Positions 1 to 12,115 of a stretch of 64,000 nt of DNA are shown in pieces (within the stretch, counting starts at the first letter, position 1; each line of letters begins with the position of its first letter). The notes beneath the pieces were generated by a model. The model did no database searches. It saw only the letters and a program-made list of their open reading frames with translations, and was not told where the DNA came from. The translations under genes were made by a program, and so were the position numbers. The DNA comes from Mobula birostris. Lineage: Eukaryota. The stretch spans positions 134,848,230 through 134,912,229 of the forward strand of contig NC_092376.1 of the NCBI RefSeq assembly GCF_030028105.1, given 5' to 3'.

Positions 1-299
1 ATATGTTTTCAGTGCCATATTCAGGGAGCACTGCACAGCCAGTGGGCATTGTCTTTTGAGAGTGAAATATAGACTTAGGCTTTCAATTCTCTCAGGTGGG
101 TATAAAAAGCTTCATGGTGATATTTCAAATGTCATTAAAAGAAGTTCTTGCCTGGATCTATTTTGATATTTTCTTAAAACAGAAAAGGCTGTCATCATGA
201 ATATCAAGACTATTTCAGCTCTCAAGCAACACATCAAACCATTCCCCACTTATTTAATTGTAACCTATTCTCTCTCAAGCCTATTAACTCTGCTTGATT

Positions 300-520
300 C
301 TTCTACCACCTACTCACACCAGGGGTAGCTTACAGCAGCCAATTAGCCTACACTCCACCACGGACTCAAGATGTGACAAGAAACCAGAGCATTCAGGAGA
401 AAAACTCATGTAGTCACTGGCGGAATATGTAATTTCCATACAGCACTGGAGGTCAAGACTGAGACTGTGTCCCAGAAGTTGTGAGGCTATAGCACTATCT
501 GCTACACTATTGTGTTGCCA
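300..520 (-). mobile_element. Old tRNA-derived V-SINE (HE1-like)
   Basis: Degenerate reverse complement of the V-domain (gaaaccagagcattcaggagaaaa...) and tRNA-like head; similar to 24853-25123. Confidence 0.55.
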
Positions 521-524
521 TTAT

Positions 525-605
525 TGTGTGTGTGTCTATATACATACATATATACATACATACACACACAGACACACATATATGCATACACACATACACA
601 CACAC
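525..605. repeat. Compound (TG)n/(TACA)n/(CA)n microsatellite
   Basis: gtgtgtgtgtctatatacatacata...cacacacac seen directly. Confidence 0.9.
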
Positions 606-995
606 CAGAATTAATTTTTATATTTTCAATGAAGCAATCAAATTATGAGCTAAGTAGTTAGTTACAATTGTAAGTAGATGATTATGATTAAAGTAGTTCA
701 GCTATGAGAAAAGCAATGACTGAAAAGTAACATGGTTCTGAAGACTTTGCCAATCACTTTTCGTAATGCATGTCCTTTATAGAAATACGTGCAAAGGTCT
801 GCAGAAAATTAAATGTAAATTTCCTGTCTGGCAAGATCAGCAAAATAAAAGCAGCTACCTTCAAATATAACCATAAAGTTACAGAACTTCAAAGAATTTG
901 CACATCTCAGCCTGTCTAATACTTTGAATAGAAGAATCTGTTCTCATCATTGAAAATGTCTTCATTAATCTCCTGAGAACTCAGTTGGATTCCAG

Positions 996-1196
996 CATTG
1001 TATTAAAAGTGCTCCAAAATGTGGATGTTCATAATTATCAGCACAATACATACAGTATATATATACTGAAACAGAATGGAGTTTCTTTACCTACAGATTG
1101 TGATAGGAGATTGGGATCATGCAATATGAAATAAAATGCCCAACGTTTTCCTTCTACGTCCCTTTATCTGTCTGCTAAAAGAACACAGGAACACTG
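996..1196 (+). pseudogene. FN3-like exon remnant
   Basis: After ttccag: SAP / NVDVHNYQHNTYSIYI ... LPTDCDRRLG / IMQYEIKC (slash = frameshift), resembling FN3 'SAPxNV...W..P.DC..RNG.I.QY.I'. GT at 1197. Confidence 0.45.
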
Positions 1197-2630
1197 GTTA
1201 TAGAGTAACACCCAAAAGCATTTACTCTTGTTGGAACTTCCCTCAATGTTCTCTGGCCTCTACTGTATTAGGCCTGTTTCCACATGGCTTATGACATATT
1301 TCCCTAAGCAGATCCAAGCTCAATGCAGAGAATGCAACACAGGGAGGCCCCTTTTAAGAGTTTCTTTGATTTACTCAGCTTTCTTATGAGTCTTCTATAC
1401 CTTAATACTAAGAGCATTGGACCTCTTCTCTACCATTACATTCAGGATCCTAGTCTAAACTAATCATCTCATGCGTCAAGCATCCTCCCCCACTGGCAAC
1501 AACAGTCTAATTTATCACCTCCCACCACCCCCTCTTCTGAGAATTGCAAGGAATTCCTCCATCATCAATTGCCAAAAGCTGATCCTTCCTCTAAACACTT
1601 TCTAATTCCTGGACTCTATTCAACCCATTGACCTTTCTTTCTCTGTGTCCCAGTTATGCTCCTGGACATAAGTGATTCGTTCGCCTGCGGTGCAGCAGCA
1701 TAGTATGCTTTTGTCACAAATCAGACAGGTAGAACTTGCTATCTTGGTTCAAATGACTGACCCATGACTTTTAAACATTACTGTCCTGCTCTGCAACTAT
1801 TGCTTAACTGCATATGTTGAGCACATTCTTGGTAAAGTATTTGTATTTCTAGGGTCCCTTGCACATCATGTTAGGGATATACAAAAATACATTTTAATCA
1901 CAGAAGTATTTTTGAAAGGTAAGCTGTGCAAGGACATAGGAGTCAGAGCTGTAAATCTTTCCACAACAAGCTCTTGGTCTCCACCCTAAAATAGGCATTC
2001 CCATTTTTTTCTCCAACTCTCCTCTTCTTTATGTAATGCCCTGGTTAAGATTTTTACTGCTGTGCTGTAGGTATTTCATTTTAGCAGTTCTGTAAGAGCA
2101 GTCTGTTCTGCTTTCAGATGTTTGGATTTGAGCTAAGATAAGAGGCTTGTTATCCAATTTAGGATTGTGCTGTTAGCCAATCAGGACAGTGGAACTGGCA
2201 GAAGGTTCTGGAGAATGTTGGGTCTTTGTTGGCGGGGGCTGGAGGAAGACGGGGAAAGGATGTCTGAGGATGCTGTCCCTGTTGCACAAGGTGCTTTGTG
2301 CAGATGAATAGCTTCAAAAAGAAAGAACTAATACTCCCATGGGAGACCCACTTGATTGAGATGGATCTTGAGCGACATTCAGAAGATGGTGTGTGCTTTC
2401 ACGCAGACTGAGGCTCCAGCATGTGAGTGACAGACAAGTTCAAGATGAGCTCCAACTTGTCTGCACATTTGACTGTTTAAGAGTAATGGGCCCTTTTTGT
2501 TATTTTTTCTTTCTTTCATTTAATAACTGTTTGCTTAAATTAACATTCTTAGTTATACTTTATAAATTATATGCAGTCATTTCTGTTATTTCTTGCTGTG
2601 GGCAATAACTCACTCAGCATTCAGACAAAC

Positions 2631-2758
2631 AACAGGAATTCTGCAGATGCTGGAAATTCAAGCAACACACATAAAAGTTGCTGGTGAATGCAGCAGGCCA
2701 GGCAGCATCTCTAGGAAGAGGTGCAGTCGACGTTTCAGGCCGAGACCCTTCGTCAGGA
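2631..2758 (-). mobile_element. Short Penelope-derived retroposon carrying a hammerhead core
   Basis: Perfect 12-bp TSD attcagacaaac (2619-2630, 2758-2769). Same family as 12116-12328 and 34525-34614. Confidence 0.85.
2725..2758 (-). ncRNA. Minimal type I hammerhead ribozyme motif
   Basis: Minus strand UC CUGACGA AGG gucucgg CCU GAAA C GUC GACU: intact CUGANGA/GAAA core, stem II AGG/CCU, palindromic ACGU stem III, GUC cleavage triplet. 5' strand of stem I truncated. Confidence 0.75.
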
Positions 2759-3121
2759 TTCAGACAAACCAGGTTTTGGGTGAGCGAGACACCCCAATTT
2801 CAGGGATTTGGCGGGACCAAAGTTGTATGCATCCTAGATGTATGAAGCCACAGAAAGTTGGGTTTATCACTGCAGAATCTAGTGGCAGTTAGCGAGAGGC
2901 TAATGAGATGCCCAGAAAAGGGGGAGGGAGTTTCATTTATAATATTGAGACATGCTTAGTTTGTAACTTTTCACAGTTTTGCTGAAGTCACCACAATGAA
3001 ATAATAATTCTCTTACTACAATGGCTGCCTGGCATGCTTTGTATGTTTAATATTTTATGGGTTTTATGAAAGTTAATTTTTCTAATATAATTCAGAATTT
3101 TAAAAAAAATCTGCTGATGCT

Positions 3122-3394
3122 GAATGTAGACCGGAGTTGAGGAGGAATTTCTTTAGCCAGAGAGTGGAGAATCTGTGGAATTCATTGCCACGGGTAGCTA
3201 TGGAGGCCAAATCTTTATGAATATTTAAGGCAGAGGTTGATAGATTCTTGATTGGTCAAGACATTAAGGGATATGGGGAGAAGGGACAAGATTGGGGCTG
3301 AGAGGAAAAATGGATCAGCTGTGATGAAATAGTGGAGCAGACTCGATAGGTCGAATGGCCTAATTCTGCTCCAATACCCTATACCTTATCTTAT
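3122..3394 (+). mobile_element. CR1 LINE 3' end
   Basis: RRNFFSQRVENLWNSLP C-terminus, 3'UTR and cttatcttatg tail. Inserted in an old PLE-derived sequence (about 3105-3990, with inverted arms). Confidence 0.85.
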
Positions 3395-4170
3395 GTTGGA
3401 AGTCTGAAATATAAACGTAAAGTATTGAAACCATGTAGCAGATCAGACAGTATCTGTGGAAAGAGAAACGGAGTTAACGTTCCAGGTCAAATTCACTTCA
3501 TTGGAACTGGAGAAGTGAGAGGATAAATAGGTATCAAGTTGCAGAGAGTGTGAGGAGAAAAGGAGAAGAGAAAGGGAATTTTTCTGCTGAGGTGAGGTCG
3601 CCGGTGTCCTGAAGTTGTCTGGTTGCTTTGATCAGTTAGAGCGTGAGGGAACAGCTGTTGTAGAGAACTGCAGCCAAAAGGAGAGAGAGTCAGGCAGCAT
3701 CTATGGCGATAAAATACTGAACTAATATTTCAAATGGATAACTTGCAGCAGAAGTGACCATATCATGGTTTTGTTTCTCTCTTAATGCCCTTATTAACCT
3801 GATGATTTGTCACAATAACTCAGGCCTCATTCCATCAGAAATATCAATTTGTCGCGCCATCTCTCCTCAACTCTTTCTGTACCTAACTTTATTCCTTACC
3901 CTCTCAGTTTGACCTGAAACATTAACTCTGATTTTGTATCCACAGATGCCACCTGAACTGTTGAGTAGTTGCAGTATTTTCCTTCTCTGTGTTCTAAGCC
4001 TGAGAGAATTTATCCTGGACAGGACTGCCAAGCTCCATTTGTCTCAGTAAATCCTTAATTCACTTGCTAAGATTTTGGAAATAGTAACTTAATTTTAGCA
4101 GCAAAGAAACTTCATTCGTGAAATTATTTACAGACCCAGCAGGAATCTTTTTGCTGCTTTCTTTTAACAG

Positions 4171-4259
4171 GTTTTCTGTTGCAAGTTTTCATCCACAGCC
4201 AATCAATAACTTGAAAAAATCCTTGAAGGATCTTTATTACATTATGGATTCTTGGAATA
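4171..4259 (+). pseudogene. FN3 N-terminal half exon remnant
   Basis: Strong acceptor ctttcttttaacag. FSSTA / SIT*KNP / GSLLHY across frames resembles 'SSTSI.ITW..P..G.LLHY' with W changed to TGA. Donor gtaaag at 4260. Confidence 0.45.
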
Positions 4260-4639
4260 GTAAAGAGGCATCACATCACATCACTCGCCACTAAGTTTTC
4301 CTGAAAATACTAATTAATTTCAGTAAAATATCTTGAAACATAGCTACCCTGAGTTGAAAATAAAGATAAAGGAAAGATTAATTGAAATATTCCACAGATA
4401 TTTGATAAACAGGGAGCTTTAAGAGAATATAATATTGAGTTAAAATGGTACATAATGATTTTACCTTTAATTAGCTTTAATATTGAATAAGTTTTATGTA
4501 GTTTATAGATGTAATTGTTTCATTGAGTTCCTTGTATATATTTCATAATTTAAAAATACATATGTAATAAGTTAATTCAAATGTCAGATGTCAGAACCAA
4601 GGATGTAATCCCCCAATCTTTATCTAAGGGGTAGGCAGT

Positions 4640-4830
4640 ATATCTCTGCCACGATTATCTCAGCAATGGTGTCTGACAGGATTGTATCCTCAGCTCTCTG
4701 ATTGACACCCTATACACACAAAACTGCATAGGCAGATTTGTTCTAACTCAACTGTATTTCCAAGTTGGCTGATGATACCACTGTAGTGGGATGTATCTCA
4801 AATATTGAGAAGTCAGAGTACATGAGAGAG
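4640..4830 (+). mobile_element. Rex1/Babar LINE RT fragment
   Basis: Degenerate QGCVLSPLLYSLYT motif and KLADDTTVVG. Confidence 0.65.
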
Positions 4831-5401
4831 AGTGAGTGAGTAAGAGAGAATAAAATGTCACAGGCATGTAAATAGTTAAGGCAGAAGAACTGGCACGTAT
4901 GAGTTACAGCCTGCCAATCTGAAAAACACCTACCCTCTTCAATTTAATGTTAGTTAGTAAATCTTCAATCGCCATCTTAACTAAACTTCTGCAACACTGG
5001 CTCCTGAATCTCTGTTATTTCTCTGACCAGAACTTTCATGTACAGCATTTTTTGCAATACTATCATAATTGTATATACCATATCTCAACCATTAAACCAA
5101 ATTGACTTTCTAAAACTTGATGAGCACCCAGGGCATGGGGTGATAATAACTGAAGGCAGTTGAGGGGAAGTTCACTGAATAGGTTGTGGGGGAAAGGGGT
5201 TATCTTTCTTATGAGGAAAAAAATTAGAATAGAATGGTCTGAACTTCTACTGATAAGCTGTGATCTACTGAAACATGTAATATTCTGTAGGGCGGGGCAG
5301 GATAGTTGCTGGATTCCCTCAAATGGCGAAACGTAGTACAAGGTGATATTTTCAAGATCAATTATTTGCCTGTTTAAGATTGAAGTGATGTTGAATTTCA
5401 G

Positions 5402-5568
5402 TGCTTAATCATTCTACCTGCAGCAGATGCAATGGTAAAATCAACATCTGTACAATCATTGTGAAGCCAAAGTCCCATACTGTGGATGCAATCTACCACC
5501 TTTGTGATACTGCAATAATGCCAAAAGGAATTAACCCAGAACAAATCTGGCAACTCGAAACTGAACGT
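5402..5568 (+). pseudogene. FN3 C-terminal half exon remnant
   Basis: Acceptor gaatttcag. Open frame LNHSTCSRCNGKINICTIIVKPKSHTVDAIYHLCDTAIMPKGINPEQIWQLETER resembles 'Y.I.V.A...KG.GP......T.E'. Donor gtatga at 5569. Confidence 0.5.
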
Positions 5569-6121
5569 GTATGAGCCCATTAACAGCCCGTGATTTCTCC
5601 CTCAGCCAGCCACACTCAGTGTAATGGAAGGAAATCGGAGCACCCAGAGGAGGCTTACGCAATTACAGGGAGAGTGCACAAACTCCACAAATGGCATTGG
5701 AGGCTAGAATTGAACCCTGGTCACTGGAACCGTGAAACCACTGAAAGAACTATGGAATCATCATATTCAACAGCATAGAAAATTGCCCAAAAAAAACCTA
5801 GAAATATCCAATTTGCCCAATTACTGACCAGTTAGTCCAATGTTAATCATCAGCAAAGTCTATCAAATGACACTTATTCAACAATAACCTGCTGACTGAT
5901 GCCCTGCTTGATTTTCAGCTCATGAACTCAGCATACTGTAATGATGGCCAAAATGAGCACTAAAGAGATGATTTCCAAAGATATAGTGAAGGAGACTACT
6001 ACTGATATCAAAAAGCCATTCGAAAAAGTTTGTCTTCCCAGAATCCTGGTAAAATTGAAACCAATGGATATCAAGTGGAACAAAATCCAAAGACTGGAGT
6101 GATACCTTAAAAAAGGAGAAT

Positions 6122-6552
6122 TGTGAAGGACCCCACACACCTCTCGTACAAACTCTTCTCCCTCCTGCCATCCGGCAAAAGGTACCGAAGCATTCAGGCT
6201 CTCATGACCAGATGATGCAACAGTTTCTTCACCCAAGCTATCAGACTCTTTAATACCCAGAGACTAGACTGACATCTACATCATGTATTATTATATTGTA
6301 ATTTGTCCTCTGCTGTGTCTTTTGTCTTGTTTATTATTTATTGTACTGCCCTGCACTGTTTTGTACACTTTATGTAGTCCTGTGTAGGTCTGTAGTCTAG
6401 TGTAGTTTTTGTGTTGTCTTAAGTAGTCTAGTGTAGCTTTGTTGTTTCATGTAGCACCATGGTCCTGGAGAAATGTTGTTTCGTTTTTACTGTGTACTGT
6501 ACCCGCAGTTTATGGTTGAAATGACAATAAAAAGCGACTTGACTTGACTTGA
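6122..6552 (+). mobile_element. Rex1/Babar LINE 3' end with (GACTT)n tail
   Basis: KDPTHLSYKLFSLLPSGKRYRSI...NSFF.QAIRLLN C-terminus, AATAAA, then gacttgactt. The tail resumes at 7677-7692. Confidence 0.85.
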
Positions 6553-7676
6553 TGATACTGAAAAAGATCCCAGTTCCTCTGTCTCTGCTACATCTGCTCC
6601 GAGGATGAGGCTTTCCGTTCTAGGACATCTCAAATGTCCTCTTTCTTTAAGGATCGTGGTTTCCCTTCTACCATCATCAATGATGCCGTCACCCGCATCT
6701 CCTCCATTTCCCGCACTTCGGCCCTCACCCCATCCTCCCACAAAAACAACAGGGACAGAGTTCCCCTTGTCCTTACCTACCACCCCACCAGCCTCCGGAT
6801 CCAGCACATTATCCTCCGCAACTTCTGCCACCTTCAACAGGATCCCACCACTAAGCACATCATTCCCTCTCCACCCCTCTCCGCTTTCCGCAGGGATCGG
6901 TCCCTCCGCAACTCCCTTATCCGCACGTCCATCCCCACTGATCTCACACCCGGCACTTATCCCTGTAAGCATAAATGCTACACCTGTCCCTACACCTCCT
7001 CTCTTGCAACCATTCAGGGCCCCAAACAGTCCTTTCAGGTGAGGCAACACTTCACTTGTGAGTCTGTTGGGGTCACCTATTGCAACTGGTGCTCCTGGTG
7101 CGGCCTCCTCTACATCGGTGAAACCCGACGCAGATTGGGGGACCGCTTCGTTGAGCACCTCCGCTCCGTCCGCCAAAACAGACAGGATCTCCCGGTAGCC
7201 ATCCACTTCAACTCTGCTTCCCACTCCCATTCAGATATGTCCATACATGGCCTCCTCTACTGCCATGATGAGGCTAAACTCAGGTTGGAGGAGCAACACT
7301 TCATATACCGTCTAGGTAGTCTCCAGCCCCTTGGTATGAACATAGAATTCTCCAACTTCCGGTAATTCCCTGCCCCTCCCCTCCCCTATCCCTATGTCAC
7401 TCTGCCCCCTCCCCCCCCACAGCTCTCTCATGGTTCCACCTCCTTCTTCTACTACCAATTGTTTTCAGGGCTATGACATCAATGCTTCCCTTCCCCCACC
7501 CCTTTGTCTTTCAAATTATTGGTCTTTCAACTGAAGCTTCAAGCATTCTTCAAATCCTTCCCCACCTTTCATTCTTCAGTCCTGACAAAGGGTTCCGGCC
7601 CAAAATGTCGACTCATCGTTTCTGACTGATGCTGCCCGACCTGCTGAGTTCATCCAGAGTACTGAAAGTGTTGCTT
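6553..7676 (+). mobile_element. 5'-truncated Penelope-like element
   Basis: ORF 6634-7365 with GIY-YIG domain, 3'UTR with decayed hammerhead (7578-7613). Inserted in the Rex1 GACTT tail. Confidence 0.9.
6634..7365 (+). CDS. Penelope RT-thumb plus GIY-YIG endonuclease C-terminal fragment (TE-derived, truncated)
   Basis: CKHKCYTCP, FTCESVGVTYCNWCSWCGLLYIGETRRRLGDRFVEH, VAIHFN...H, RLEEQHFIYRLGSLQPLGMN. Confidence 0.85.
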   Translation: MSSFFKDRGFPSTIINDAVTRISSISRTSALTPSSHKNNRDRVPLVLTYHPTSLRIQHIILRNFCHLQQDPTTKHIIPSPPLSAFRRDRSLRNSLIRTSIPTDLTPGTYPCKHKCYTCPYTSSLATIQGPKQSFQVRQHFTCESVGVTYCNWCSWCGLLYIGETRRRLGDRFVEHLRSVRQNRQDLPVAIHFNSASHSHSDMSIHGLLYCHDEAKLRLEEQHFIYRLGSLQPLGMNIEFSNFR

Positions 7677-8526
7677 TGACTTGACTTGACTTGGTTGGAG
7701 ATGTTAGAGGTTAATCATCCCTGTCCCAGGACATCACTGCCAGAGTTGCTCAGGGCAGCATCCAAAGTCCAATCATCTTTAAATGCTTTATAATGAATGC
7801 CTTTTCATTGTAAGGTCAGAAATAGAATGGTACCTGATATTTGAGCAATATTCCATGCTGTTGCAACTTCTCAGTATATAAAGCAACCAACGCCAGCATA
7901 CAGCAATTTTCAGGCATTGGCTGATAAGTGGCGTGCCACATATGTCCCACAAGACATTCATAAGGCTATTCACAAAACTGTCTCCATGAAAGTTACGGTT
8001 AAAATTACCTACTTGATTACTTTTATGGTGGAACAGTGTGAAAAGCAAGTTGTTTGTTTGATGGTGGTTTGCTGTGCTTCTGATTAACTCCTACTCATAT
8101 TTTGAGATAGGTTTTACTGCAAATTCTGCTTTAACATGATATAAAACGGTGTTAAAATAATGTAAAGTAATTGATACTTCAACACAATTTGGGTATCTGT
8201 TTCTGATAAATTTTAAAGTATAAATTCAGCTTTAAGATTCACTGTTTAATGAATTAAATACCCATATAAACTGTCCATTTCACCCAGTAAGCAAAATGCT
8301 TTATCTTTTGGATTATACAATCATTCTTGAGATCAGCTGAGGATTCATATTGTATGCCAGCTTTAAGCTCCACCTTGTAATGCCATTTCATAGAGCTGAA
8401 TTCAATAAGGAAATAAGGAAAGTTGTATGCAATAAGATGAGAACAAACATAGAATCGAGCTCATGCAATTTCTTATGTTCTGATAACCGGAACAGCTGTT
8501 TGTTCTACTTTCATTTTATTTCTGAA

Positions 8527-8963
8527 TATTCCTTCTAATGGTCATCATGTGCCTGGCAAGAACAGAAGCTCTGCTGGTGAATTGAAAAAATCTTGAGATT
8601 GACAGTATGGCACCACTGCTTCATGATGTATCAACGTTTGATGCCTATCCAAAGTTTGTTTTAATAGGATTATGGAATCTGAAATAACACAAATTAAAAT
8701 ATGATGCTCATTGCCAAGCAAAAGCCATTCGTCTGTAAAGTCTGTATTAATTACAGCTTTTAAACTGAATATTTTGAAATGTGTTGATTATATATTTTGA
8801 CCCAGCTTCTCTTGCACTGATGGGGAATTTCACATTTTTTATGGTGTTGTTTTAAAATTTGGTAGCATATTCCCTTGCTATTTTTAAATCTTACTGTCTG
8901 ACAGTGAATATTGATAAAAAAGAAACATATGCTGACATTGGTCCATATCATGCAAGGAAATAG
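8527..8963 (+). pseudogene. FN3-like exon remnant(s)
   Basis: HVPGK / TEALLVN*KNLEIDSMAPLLHD, then NLVAYSLAIFKSYCLTVN. Donor AGgtaact at 8964. Acceptor uncertain. Confidence 0.35.
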
Positions 8964-9399
8964 GTAACTTGTGTACAAAGACAGAAGAGCCAATCTTTAG
9001 ATTCAAGAAAAATGGTCCTTCTAATTTATTCTTATTTTTTCTCTTTTTGCTTAGATATGTGTATTCTTATTTTTGAAACACATTTTACTTTAAGAACTCA
9101 GTCAAGTATATGAAATAACTTTATTCTACTTCAGATTTACAACAAACAAATGTTAATTAATGATTTGTTCCACCACTAAGGTCCTAATTTATGTTGTTTG
9201 TAAAACGACTTTCATACTTTACTGTGTTTTCTATTTGAATTTTGTTTTCTCAGCTTTCGTCTCAAGGCTAATTTTAATGCAATTAATTCTTTCTTGCATT
9301 ACGTTTAAAAATTATCATTAATTAACAACAAAGAAACCTTGCATCAGGATAATGAGCTGTGGAATAGAATATCCAAAACACATTATGGCTAAAACCCAA

Positions 9400-10250
9400 T
9401 ATTTACTGACAATAAAAATGCACATTATGGGGAAAGTTATTAGGAGAACAGCGAATGAGTATTTGAACAAATATGAATTGTTCAGAGGAGACAGTACAGA
9501 TTTGTGAATTGTTAAAGTTGGACCATTTGCAAATATTTTTGGAGAAGGTGACTAATCTCTGAGACTTCCTAATGATTTCAATGAAATTTAATCCAAAGGA
9601 ATAGGGAAAATAAAAGTGCATAAAATTAAAGCCACCTTTTTTGTAAAAGAAGTGAATAGATTAGAAGATACAGAGATGTGATAATAATACATTAATAATA
9701 CATACTTCATTAGTTGGATGCAACCAGTTGTGTCACTCAGGGATTGCAATGGGGCTTCAACACTTCAATATTTGGAAGGGAACTTGTGAAAGTCTTGCAT
9801 TTCCATGTTTATTGGCAACATTAACTTACATGGCAAAGTAAATAGTGTAGTTGCTATAGAAGTTGTAAAAGGTCATTGATAGACTAAGTAAGTGGGTGTA
9901 AATGCAGCAGATGGATTTAAAAATGTGGGAGTAGAAGTGCATCTACTTTCGAGCTAAGGAATATAAATGACAAGAACACATGATCTATGAGACCGCAGAG
10001 AAATTTTCTTTAGTAGACAAAAATGTATCCATAAAACATTAATGGAATGTTAGATTTCATATCAAAGTTCCTACAGTGCAAGAGGATAAAAGTTGTGTTT
10101 AATTGTGCTGCAAGTTGTGTTCAATTTTGGGCAAAGGTTCTGTGTGGATTCATCGGAATTATATTACAACAATTTACGTCATTTTGACAAGTTGTAGAAA
10201 CTATGCTTATTTTTTCCCTTGAGAACAGAAGTTTAAGTGAAAAAACTTGT
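9400..10250 (+). mobile_element. Ancient, highly decayed CR1 RT fragment
   Basis: IMGKVIRRTANEYLNKYELFRG resembles CR1 GKLLE.II...HL...LI; downstream RT and C-terminal remnants. Confidence 0.55.
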
Positions 10251-10382
10251 CTTGCATAACACTCGTACAGATTGCTGTACAAATACAGCAGTGCATTGAA
10301 GTAGTACTCTCTGGACACAGATCAGCACATCGTAGAAACCAAACTCTCCTCCATGGACTTTATCTACACTTTGATAAGCTGC

Positions 10383-10498
10383 TTAAAAATTGATCAGCAA
10401 GTTTTTGGTGGTTTTGTGTACACTAATGATTGGTTTCAGTTGCAGAATTTGTTATGTAGTGGACAAAAATTGACATGGCTGCATAGTAAAGATTGTCA
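10383..10498 (+). repeat. About 115-bp diverged duplicate of 11222-11336
   Basis: ttaaaaattgatca...ctaatgattggtttcagttgcag...gtggacaaaaattgacatggct...tgtca present at both sites. Confidence 0.9.
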
Positions 10499-11278
10499 CT
10501 CTCAAATACTGCAGTGGCTTGAAATTGCCTGGGAGGCTAGTGTTAATGTGTACTATGAGCAATCTTTCAAAACACTTCATGCTGGTGGCTATCAAAGCAG
10601 CCAGGCAGTACTCATTAAAGCACATGACCTTGTTTTACATAGGTGTTGAGATGAGTCATCTTTGTAAAGCAGGTGGGAAACTCAGAATGAAGCAGAAAAA
10701 TCTATATCAATATATAAAACAATTTAATTGTTTTTATGTAATAAATAAAGACTTCCTCTTGTAGCATAATTCAATGCACTTCTTAAACATTGTACTAAAC
10801 TACTGAGAGATCATGTCTAAAGCACTTCTTCACACAGAGATAGTATAAATGTAAAAATTCTGTAAAATAGCTGTTGATACTAGGTCAGTTAAAAATTTCA
10901 AATTTGAAATTTAAAGATTTTGCTAAGGGTTTGTCATCAAGATGGGTTAATAAAATTATGTTACAAACTGCTTATGACCTAAATAAGTGACTGGAGTAAA
11001 GTAGTTAAGTGGCACAGTTCTGTTTCAGTGAACATGTTTTAATCAAACTATTTTATCAAAAGATAAAAGTGCTAAATTTAGTATATTTATGTTTTAAATT
11101 TTTAAATAAGTGAACTGATCATTGAATTTTCATTATCAGATTTTGAATTCAAATATGATTTTTGTTTGTTATTTACGTCTATTTTTGCACAATTGATTGC
11201 GTTCCACTTCAAAACAACTTTTTAAAAATTGATCAACATGTTTTTGGTGGTTTTGAGTACACTAATGATTGGTTTCAG

Positions 11279-11577
11279 TTGCAGGCTTGTCATTCAGTGG
11301 ACAAAAATTGACATGGCTACATAGTAAAGAATGTCAAGTATTAAACAGAATTTTTGAAGCAGACAAAATGCATGGTTTCTCACAAAACCAGCGTCTTGAG
11401 ATGCCAGTAGTTGTACTAGATATTGCCCATTTCTGTTCAATAAAGATTGTCTGGAAAAATTAAAAGCCTGTTGGAAGGGTATATTCAACATCAAAGGCAC
11501 TTTTGGGTATACTATTGTTGAACTATGATGCCATTTTTAAAGATAGTCACACAGAAATCATTGAATCTGTGTCTGAG
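11279..11577 (+). pseudogene. FN3-like exon remnant (about 300 bp)
   Basis: Branch-like ctaat, then tttcag acceptor. VAGLSFSGQKLTWLHSKECQVLNRIFE..., with LEKLKACWKGIFNIKG in an alternate frame. The main frame continues past one stop (11461) to ...EIIESVSE, then gtacaa donor. Confidence 0.5.
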
Positions 11578-12115
11578 GTACAATCCAGTCTATAGCAAGG
11601 TCCTTATTCTTTGTAGGATTGAATAGAAAAATTGCTTCTGAAATTCGAAATAAATTGAGTTTTCTTCAAAGTTATTAGGTACTACCAGCAGTTATGTTGG
11701 ACAAAAACTGCTTCATGTTCTCTTAAGAAAAGTGAAATAAGTTAACTGACAAGAAGGAAACATTAGTTATTATCCCCAGCATATAGAAATTACTTCATTT
11801 CATTTTGGGAAGATCCTATGCTTTTATTACAGATTGTTACATGTGATGGATGATTCTAGGTTCTTCAGCAGCAATTTCAACAATTTCTGCAATGTAAGGG
11901 CACATTATTTTGTTGCTGTGGCATTTTAAGTGGTTGTTTATTGGTCAATAAAGTAAACTTAATTGCTGATGGTCTGTCCAGATTAATACATGAATCATCT
12001 CGGTATTGGTAGTGAAGCATGATTTTGCAATTTGACATACAGACAAGGAGCTCTGTTGAAGTCAGGCTTCAAACACATACTGAGGGTGTGGATCAGCTGA
12101 GCCAAATGCCCCAAA

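Larger units (their letters stand above)
2061..2869. mobile_element. Probable solo LTR (Gypsy-type)
   Basis: TG...CA termini with 4-bp duplication ctgc (2057-2060, 2870-2873). Interrupted by a PLE-derived insertion. Confidence 0.5.

Noticed and set aside
1091-1175. Minus-strand exon-like segment (cttttag...gtaaag)
   Set aside because: Stops in all three frames; the plus-strand FN3-like reading fits the wider pattern better.
6330-6450. Repeated gtagtctagtgtag units as a CRISPR-like array
   Set aside because: Short degenerate repeats inside the Rex1 3'UTR; no spacers; eukaryotic context.
6487-7230. 247-aa minus-strand ORF and 145-aa Pro/Ser-rich plus ORF
   Set aside because: Antisense and alternate-frame shadows of the C-rich Penelope ORF.
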